The notes under the pieces are model-generated. The model was given only the letters and a program-made list of their open reading frames with translations. It was not told where the DNA came from and did not search any database. Positions 57,961 through 64,000 of a DNA stretch of 64,000 nucleotides are shown piece by piece (positions within the stretch are counted from its first letter, which is position 1; every line of letters starts with the position of its first letter). A program made the translations under genes and the position numbers. Where the stretch lies: contig JBAZSC010000004.1 of NCBI GenBank assembly GCA_041662665.1, positions 10,464-74,463 on the forward strand, in the 5' to 3' direction. This stretch comes from Patescibacteria group bacterium. GTDB taxonomy: Bacteria > Patescibacteriota > JABMPQ01 > JAQVVF01.

Positions 57961-58452
57961 TCAGGAAATCGCCGAACTGATTGTGTTAGCAAGATAACTA
58001 AAACGCATAGGCAACAAATAACTTCCTCTCGGATTTTTCGCAAGATGCTCTTTCGCCTCCATAATATGTAGAGTCCACACTGCAACACTCGGAACATTCA
58101 AGGGCTTTATCCATTCAATTAGCTCCTCAACGGAAATTGCATACTTCTTCCTCTCGCAAAAATAATTCGATAAATTAGGCAAAAATCGCCTATGACTATT
58201 ATGATTATCACGATCACTTGCGACAGCAAAATAAATGTTTCTCGAAGATTGCACATTTCTCACAATACCAAAACCGATCAATCCACAAGGTGACTTCACT
58301 GCATTTGTCCACTCAATAACCAGAATAGTTCCAGAACTAACAATTTCATTAACCGTATCATCAGTCAATAATCTTTCTAAAAATCCACGAACCGGCATTT
58401 CTTCTAAATGCAACATTACTTGTTCTGTTCCACCTTTAAACATCGTCACCAT
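57961..58452 (-). CDS. Orphan hypothetical protein (paralog of the next gene)
   Basis: AAGGAGG before MVTMFKG; clearly similar to 58490-58954. Confidence 0.7.
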   Translation of the reverse strand: MVTMFKGGTEQVMLHLEEMPVRGFLERLLTDDTVNEIVSSGTILVIEWTNAVKSPCGLIGFGIVRNVQSSRNIYFAVASDRDNHNSHRRFLPNLSNYFCERKKYAISVEELIEWIKPLNVPSVAVWTLHIMEAKEHLAKNPRGSYLLPMRFSYLANTISSAIS

Positions 58453-58489
58453 TGTCTTCCTCCTTTTTCCTATGAAAAGCAATCAAGAA

Positions 58490-58954
58490 TTATAATGCCG
58501 AATTAATTGGATAAATACAAAAACGCAATGGAAGAAAGCTATCACTACGACCAGAAGAAGATTGTTCTTTTGCTTCCATAATATGATACGCCCATATATC
58601 AGCTGCAGGAATATTCAATGGCTTTATCCAATCCATTAATTCATCAACAGAAATTCCGGTCATTTTCCTATCGCAACAAACTTTATTAATTGCAAAAAAC
58701 TTACCTTCTCCTTGATCCTTTGCACCAGCAAAAAATACATTTTTTGAAGTTTCCATATCTCGTAAAATTCCAAACCCAATCATTCGACAAGGCCTTTTTA
58801 CTGCACTCGTCCATTCCAAAACCAAGATAGTTCCATCACTAACAATTTGATCAACTACGTCATCTCTCAATAATTTCTCCAAAAATTCACGAACTGGCAT
58901 CTCTTCAAAACGTCTTTCCAATTCTTCTTCAGTCCCTTCAAACATTGTTACCAT
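58490..58954 (-). CDS. Orphan hypothetical protein (paralog of the previous gene)
   Basis: AAGGAGGAG before MVTMFEG; shared EEMPVR, GTILV.EWT, IGFGI, WIKPLN and HIMEAKE. Confidence 0.7.
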   Translation of the reverse strand: MVTMFEGTEEELERRFEEMPVREFLEKLLRDDVVDQIVSDGTILVLEWTSAVKRPCRMIGFGILRDMETSKNVFFAGAKDQGEGKFFAINKVCCDRKMTGISVDELMDWIKPLNIPAADIWAYHIMEAKEQSSSGRSDSFLPLRFCIYPINSAL

Positions 58955-59072
58955 TGTCTTTTCTCCTCCTTTTCTGCGAACGATAATTTTTAAAGAGCAT
59001 TTTTCAATATATAATAAACTGAACAAAAAAACAAGACTAAAACCTTGTCTTTGTGTAACTACAAATTTTAGA

Positions 59073-59101
59073 TTGCCAAAAGGCTTAAGTAAGATTAAAA
59101 T
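59073..59101 (+). promoter_or_regulatory. Promoter of tRNA-Ser
   Basis: TTGCCA-17-TAAAAT ending 9 nt before the tRNA. Confidence 0.6.
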
Positions 59102-59110
59102 AACAATATT

Positions 59111-59197
59111 GGAGAGGTGCCAGAGAGGCCGAATGGGCTGGTCTCGAAAACCGGTATGCCCGAAAGGGCATCGTGGGTTCGACTCCCACCCTCTCCG
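59111..59197 (+). tRNA. tRNA-Ser (anticodon CGA)
   Basis: GGAGAGG...CTCGAAA...long variable arm ATGCCCGAAAGGGCAT...GTTCGAC...CCTCTCCG. Confidence 0.96.
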
Positions 59198-59297
59198 CCT
59201 TCGCCCGCCGAAGCTTTAGCAAAAGCGAAGGCGGGATAGTCAAATACACGAATCAATGTTTCTGTTTTTTCTAATTCACGGGCGGGCTTCGGCGGAC
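59193..59297. repeat. Nested bulged palindromes fused to the tRNA-Ser 3' end
   Basis: Outer TCCGCCTTCGC...GCTTCGGCGGA; inner CCCGCCGAAGCTTTAGCAAAAGCGAAGGCGGG (59204-59235). Confidence 0.8.
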
Positions 59298-59385
59298 AAA
59301 GTCCGTTAAGAAATATTAATTTTAACTTAAATAAAAAATTATCCATACAAATCCGCGTGTAATCCGCATTAATCCGCGCGTAAAA

Positions 59386-60837
59386 CTAGAGTTTTCCTAA
59401 ATCCAATTCTTCATCAAATCTTATTTGTTTTACAAAATCAGGCATGTGACTGACCATGATCATCGCTCCTTCGTAGTCATTAATTGCTTTAGCAATAATT
59501 GGCAAATGACGAAAATTAATATGATTAGTTGGTTCATCCAAAATTAATAAACCTGGCTTCATTAAAGTTAATCTTGCAAAATTCAATAATCCTTTTTGCC
59601 CTTCTGACAAATCTCCAACTTTATGGCTCATCATGCTGCCATCAATCAAAAAACCAGATGCAACTGAACGCATGTTATGTTCATCTAGTCCTTCAGCTAA
59701 AATGCTTGAAAGAGAATCATAAACAGTTTGATCAAAATCTAAATTAGAAAAATCTTGGCTATAATATCCAACTTTAACATCTTCTAAAATTTTAGCATTT
59801 TCATCTTTATTGTTTACTAGAGTTCGAAGCAATGTACTCTTGCCTATTCCATTTGGTCCAACAACTAAAAGATGCATTCTTTTTCGAATCACTTTTTCAG
59901 TTTCTTTCAAAACTGGCTCGTGATTTTTAATCACTTTAACTGCTTTAATTTTTACAATTTCTCCAGAAATATCTTGAACTGGAATTTCAAATTCTCTAAT
60001 CGTCTTATCTTCTTTTCTAACATCAACCATATTTTCTTCCATTTCTTGAGCTTCCAATTTTAATTTTCTTGCCAATTGACGCATCTTTCCGCCTTTGTTT
60101 GCAAAAAAATTAACTTTTTCTTTGCGATCAATAATTGATTTTTTTAACTGAGCATTTTTTCTTTGCTCTCTAAGAACTCTACTTTTTATTTCCTCTACTA
60201 CTGAAAAATAATCGCCGACATAAGTTTCAATCTTATGTGTAAAAACATCAAGATAAATAACGCCTTCAGTAAAACAATTCAAAAAATCAGCATCGTGCGA
60301 AATCACAATTACTGTCTTATCATACATCACTAAAAATTCAATCAAGTGTTCAATGCCGGCTTGATCAAGATTATTAGTCGGCTCATCCAATAACAAAATA
60401 TCTGAATTTTGAATCAACGCATTTGCCAACAATAATCTTGCTTGTTGTCCGCCAGATAAATCTCCGACTTTTCGATCAGTTGGCACATCTAAATTTACTG
60501 CTTGTAAAACCTTGAATATTTTACTTGCCATATCAGGCTGTTCTACTTCAAAAGCTTTCTCAAAATACTCGCTAACCTTCAAAGAAAAATCTTCTCGCTT
60601 CATCACTTGGCGAGCAGTTGCAATTGTTGCTCCATTTGAAATATGAATTTGACCAGATGTTGGCTGTAATTCTCCCATAATTAAAGCAAATAACGAACTT
60701 TTTCCAGCGCCATTTTGACCCATCAATGTTATTTTAGCTCCTTTTCGAACACTAAAACTGACCTCGTCCAAAACAGGCTTATCATGATCATATTCAAAAT
60801 TTACTTCATCAAATCTTAAAATTACTTCTTCAGCCAT
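59386..60837 (-). CDS. ABC-F family ATPase
   Basis: Two ABC cassettes (GQNGAGKS/LSGGQ/LLDEPTN and GPNGIGKS/LSEGQ/ILDEPTN) with no TM segments. Confidence 0.93.
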   Translation of the reverse strand: MAEEVILRFDEVNFEYDHDKPVLDEVSFSVRKGAKITLMGQNGAGKSSLFALIMGELQPTSGQIHISNGATIATARQVMKREDFSLKVSEYFEKAFEVEQPDMASKIFKVLQAVNLDVPTDRKVGDLSGGQQARLLLANALIQNSDILLLDEPTNNLDQAGIEHLIEFLVMYDKTVIVISHDADFLNCFTEGVIYLDVFTHKIETYVGDYFSVVEEIKSRVLREQRKNAQLKKSIIDRKEKVNFFANKGGKMRQLARKLKLEAQEMEENMVDVRKEDKTIREFEIPVQDISGEIVKIKAVKVIKNHEPVLKETEKVIRKRMHLLVVGPNGIGKSTLLRTLVNNKDENAKILEDVKVGYYSQDFSNLDFDQTVYDSLSSILAEGLDEHNMRSVASGFLIDGSMMSHKVGDLSEGQKGLLNFARLTLMKPGLLILDEPTNHINFRHLPIIAKAINDYEGAMIMVSHMPDFVKQIRFDEELDLGKL

Positions 60838-60948
60838 AAAAATAAAATAAAAATGCGCCTTTCACGCAAGTGGAATTAATATAACATATTATCCAAAAAT
60901 GTACAGACTATTTGATTTAAAAAAATAAATAAAAAATAACACAAAAAT

Positions 60949-61626
60949 ATGTTCGAAAATCTCACCTTTACTATTATTATTTCTATTGCCAGTTTAGCTA
61001 TCCTTGACAGCATCAATCCGCTTGAACTATTAGCTGCCTTATTCATTTTTTCTATTAAAAAACCGATCAGCCGTTTTCTACCTTATGTTATTGGTATCTT
61101 TTTCTTTCACTTTTTAGTAGGATTCATTCTTTATTACACTCTTCATTTTATCCTAAATCTTAACATCTTTAATTCGCCTATCTTTGACCGCTCTCTTGAA
61201 ATCATTGCAGGCATTCTTTTAATCATTGTTGGACTAAAAATGAAAAAACATAATAAATCAACAATTAAAACAATTCTTAATCCAAAACCGCTCTATACTT
61301 TTCTGCTAGGTCTAGGCATTACAGCTTCTGCTCTCCCAAGCTCTGCCGTCTATTTTTCTGCTTTAGGAATTATTGCTAATGATGATCTAAAATTTGCAAG
61401 TCTTGCCCTGCTTTTGCTTATCTATAATATTATCTTTGTTTTACCGCTCTTTATTTTGCTGGCGATTTATTTATTATTTCAAAAACGTTCAGAAAAAGTA
61501 TTTTCCAAAATCAGAAATTTTATTCAGCATCGTTTAAATTCAATTTTAAAAGTAATTATAATACTAGTCGGATCATTTTTAATTTTAGACTTTATTCTTT
61601 ATCTTTTTCACACGCCAATTCTCTAA
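60949..61626 (+). CDS. GAP/Sap family (LysE/CcdA-superfamily) membrane protein
   Basis: LAILDSINP near the N-terminus, about six TM helices, and YNIIFVLP. Confidence 0.7.
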   Translation: MFENLTFTIIISIASLAILDSINPLELLAALFIFSIKKPISRFLPYVIGIFFFHFLVGFILYYTLHFILNLNIFNSPIFDRSLEIIAGILLIIVGLKMKKHNKSTIKTILNPKPLYTFLLGLGITASALPSSAVYFSALGIIANDDLKFASLALLLLIYNIIFVLPLFILLAIYLLFQKRSEKVFSKIRNFIQHRLNSILKVIIILVGSFLILDFILYLFHTPIL

Positions 61627-61653
61627 AAAAATAAAAAAGACCAAATCAATTGG

Positions 61654-62349
61654 TCAAAACGCACTATGGGTGCATTCACAAGGATCTTTATGACAATTAT
61701 GACAGCCATTGCCATAATATTTCAAAACAACTGCCTCCAAATCAATATTCAATAAATTTGCAATTGCAATCGTCCAAGCTAATGTATCAGCTAATTCCAA
61801 TGCAAATTCTTTTTCCATCTCATCTAAAGTTAAACTTCTTTCAGGAATTCTCATCAACAGTTGCAACAACTCGCTAATCTCTTTAAACAAACGATTCAAA
61901 CAGTTTTCTAAACCTTTCTGCTCATTCCTTTTTCCATAAATCTCTTTCATTGAAGCACACCATTCTTTTAAAGTCCATTCCATCTGAACCACAAAATCTA
62001 TAACAGCATCAGGATCGTAAGACAATTTTGGATCCAATCTCCTTTCCGAACATTTGCATGATTTTTGCAAACAATAACTGCAAACACCTCTTGGATATTT
62101 TCTTGCCATATATTCCACCAACGGCAATTTCCAAAAATGGTTAGCAACGCAGAAAATCCTTGCTACTACACTTGCCAATTCTTTTTCAACATCACCATTT
62201 TTTCGAATTGCATCCTGCAAATTTCCGATTCCAACATTCAAAAAATTAATTCGCGCAGACAAACTTGGCAAAAATATTCTGTTGCGCCTTTCATAAAGTC
62301 CCCAAAAATGAATCATCAAATCCTGCAAACTTCTCTCTTCTTTTTCCAT
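61654..62349 (-). CDS. Duplicated MazG-like NTP pyrophosphohydrolase with two Cys-rich tails
   Basis: LFKEISEL...ELADTLAW..IAN in the second half, a degenerate copy in the first half; CSYC..SCKC and CHNC..PCEC. Confidence 0.75.
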   Translation of the reverse strand: MEKEERSLQDLMIHFWGLYERRNRIFLPSLSARINFLNVGIGNLQDAIRKNGDVEKELASVVARIFCVANHFWKLPLVEYMARKYPRGVCSYCLQKSCKCSERRLDPKLSYDPDAVIDFVVQMEWTLKEWCASMKEIYGKRNEQKGLENCLNRLFKEISELLQLLMRIPERSLTLDEMEKEFALELADTLAWTIAIANLLNIDLEAVVLKYYGNGCHNCHKDPCECTHSAF

Positions 62350-62441
62350 CCCTTTCTCCTCCTTTTCGAAGTTCTAAATATTTTGTTGTAACAAAGAACG
62401 AATTATTATAAGATAATATGAATATTAATTAAAGTCAAATC

Positions 62442-63170
62442 ATGACCATCTTAAAACAAATAGACCGAGAATTAAAACAACATATTGATCAAGGATACAA
62501 AGCAGGATCAATTAGATATTTCAAAGAAAAAATAAAAGTAATTGGCGTAAGAAGTAAGATTGTCAACAAGATTTCCCAAAAATATTGGAAAAATTTATCC
62601 ACCGAAGTCTCGCAAGACGGAGGTGGATCAAAATTAGAAATCTTTAATCTTTGCGAACAACTATTAAAAACTGGTTATAGTGAAAAAATCAGCATTGCCT
62701 TAGATTGGACATTTAGACTTAAAAAAGATTTTGAAAAATCAGATTTTAAAATTTTTACGTCTTGGCTTTCAAAGTATATTAGCAATTGGGCATCTGATGA
62801 CGATTTATGCACTCACCCATTAGGCTATCTTATTTATAAATTTCCAGAATTTTTACCGCAATTGCAAAAATTAACCAAATCAAAAAATAGATGGGAACGA
62901 CGTGCTTCAGCAGTCACATTTATTTATCCAATCCGCTATGATAAAAAATTTCTGCCACATGTTTTTAAAACTGCCAAAATCTTATTGCAAGATCAAGATG
63001 ATCTAGTCCAAAAAGGTTATGGCTGGATGTTAAAAGTTGCCAGCCAAAAATTTCCAGCAGATGTTTTAAAATTTATCAATCAACACAAATCCAAAATGCC
63101 ACGCACAGCTTTAAGATATGCCATTGAAAAATATCCACAAAGGATAAGAAGAGAAATCTTGAAAAATTAG
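62442..63170 (+). CDS. DNA alkylation repair protein (AlkD-like HEAT repeat)
   Basis: NWASDD, NRWERR, DDLVQKGYGWMLK and MPRTALRYAIEK. Confidence 0.9.
   Translation: MTILKQIDRELKQHIDQGYKAGSIRYFKEKIKVIGVRSKIVNKISQKYWKNLSTEVSQDGGGSKLEIFNLCEQLLKTGYSEKISIALDWTFRLKKDFEKSDFKIFTSWLSKYISNWASDDDLCTHPLGYLIYKFPEFLPQLQKLTKSKNRWERRASAVTFIYPIRYDKKFLPHVFKTAKILLQDQDDLVQKGYGWMLKVASQKFPADVLKFINQHKSKMPRTALRYAIEKYPQRIRREILKN
62598..62627 (+). repeat. 30-bp bulged palindrome in-frame in the AlkD-like gene
   Basis: TCCACC-GAA-GTCT-CGCA-AGAC-GGA-GGTGGA, encoding STEVSQDGGG. Confidence 0.9.
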
Positions 63171-63171
63171 C

Positions 63172-63289
63172 TTCTACCCTGCCCACGGCAGGAGTTAATC
63201 AACGCACAAAATAAAGACTTTTTCGCAAAACACGAACCCTTGCCACGCCTGCCCACCGTAGCATGTGCGAAGGTGGGGGCAAGGTAGAA
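63172..63289. repeat. REP-like pair TTCTAC...GTAGAA with a bulged palindrome nested in its right arm
   Basis: Same ends as 15047-15150; insert CCCACC-GTA-GCATGTGC-GAA-GGTGGG at 63252-63277. Confidence 0.8.
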
Positions 63290-63367
63290 AACTAAAAAAA
63301 TATCCGCAAAAAATCAAAAAACAAATTCTAGCAAAGACTTTATAAACTTTATAACTTTACAAACTTT

Positions 63368-64000
63368 ATGAACTTGTCTAACCGCGCATCAAACACGCCC
63401 GCTTCTCCTATTCGAAAATTGTTCCCCAAAGCATCAGAAGCCGAAAAAAAAGGCATCAAAATTTACAAATTGAATATCGGCCAGCCAGATTTAAAAACTC
63501 CTAACTGCATTAAAAAACGTTGCCAAAATTATCCAAAAGATTTAGTCTATGAACCTTCACCTGGAATTCCTGAATTAATTTCAACTTGGGCAAAATATTT
63601 TGCCAAAGATAATTTGCCAGTCACAGATAAAGACTTAATTATTACAACTGGCGGCAGCGAAGCTATTGTTTTTTCACTTCTTGCCACTTGCGATCCAAAT
63701 GATGAAGTTATTGTTTTCGAACCTTTTTATGCCAATTACAAATCTTACGCTATTCAAACTAGCGTCAAATTAGTTCCAGTTACTTTAAAAATTGAAGATA
63801 ATTTTCATCTTCCAAATGCTGAAGAAATTGAAAAAAAGATAACTTCAAAAACCAAAGCAATTTTAATCAATAATCCAAGCAATCCAACTGGAGCAGTTTA
63901 CAAAAAAAATGAATTGCAGATGATTACTGATTTAGCTATCAAGCACAATTTATTTATCATTTCTGATGAAGTCTATAATGAATTTGTTTTAGACAAAAAA
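63368..64000 (+). CDS. Partial PLP-dependent class I/II aminotransferase (runs off the right edge)
   Basis: Hand translation: MNLSNRASNTPASPIRKL...LNIGQPD...ITTGGSEA...EPFYANY...NNPSNPTG...ISDEVY. Confidence 0.92.
   Translation, partial: MNLSNRASNTPASPIRKLFPKASEAEKKGIKIYKLNIGQPDLKTPNCIKKRCQNYPKDLVYEPSPGIPELISTWAKYFAKDNLPVTDKDLIITTGGSEAIVFSLLATCDPNDEVIVFEPFYANYKSYAIQTSVKLVPVTLKIEDNFHLPNAEEIEKKITSKTKAILINNPSNPTGAVYKKNELQMITDLAIKHNLFIISDEVYNEFVLDKK

Noticed and set aside
57672-59197. Prophage or island integrated at tRNA-Ser
   Set aside because: No integrase, no duplicated tRNA 3' end, and the orphans lie on the 5' side of the tRNA.
59095-59346. 83-aa minus-strand ORF
   Set aside because: It is the antisense of tRNA-Ser and the palindromic elements.
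1-64000. Alternative genetic code (TGA read as Gly, as in Gracilibacteria)
   Set aside because: Conserved genes are full length in code 11, and several (tsaE, jag, the MGMT gene) end properly at TGA.

Overview
A very AT-rich bacterial chromosome segment using the standard code, with TGA as a normal stop. The gene set and style look like Patescibacteria/CPR (Parcubacteria-like); this is an inference from the archaeal-type ValRS, PilB, VanW, PrsW, O-antigen-ligase-like and ArnT-like genes, and the absence of Shine-Dalgarno motifs on core genes. Core content: pfkB, gap, tsaD, valS, pilB-like, gdhA, ferredoxin, tsaE, hsp20, ruvB, queA, a glycosylation cluster, rpmH-rnpA-yidD-yidC-jag, ABC-F, tRNA-Glu(TTC) and tRNA-Ser(CGA). 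Five things go beyond routine annotation. (1) Several families of short palindromic or tandem-repeat elements are scattered throughout; they sit in-frame inside housekeeping genes (four in valS), nest inside one another and fill every junction of the rpmH operon. (2) Six of the long repeat hairpins, built from four or five different arm types, share a CG(A/T)CG core in the loop. (3) A candidate ~190-nt structured ncRNA at 37176-37366 (-) has its own consensus promoter and U-tract end. (4) An 11.6-kb tandem array of six secreted beta-propeller paralogs shares a Lys-rich C-terminal module; a seventh gene with a similar module carries a G9 tract. (5) A class of orphan genes carries strong SD motifs, mostly with their own promoters and terminators, including a three-unit cassette-like array at 40.6-43.0 kb. 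No transposase, integrase, reverse transcriptase or CRISPR array is visible. All calls come from reading motifs by eye; no searches were run.
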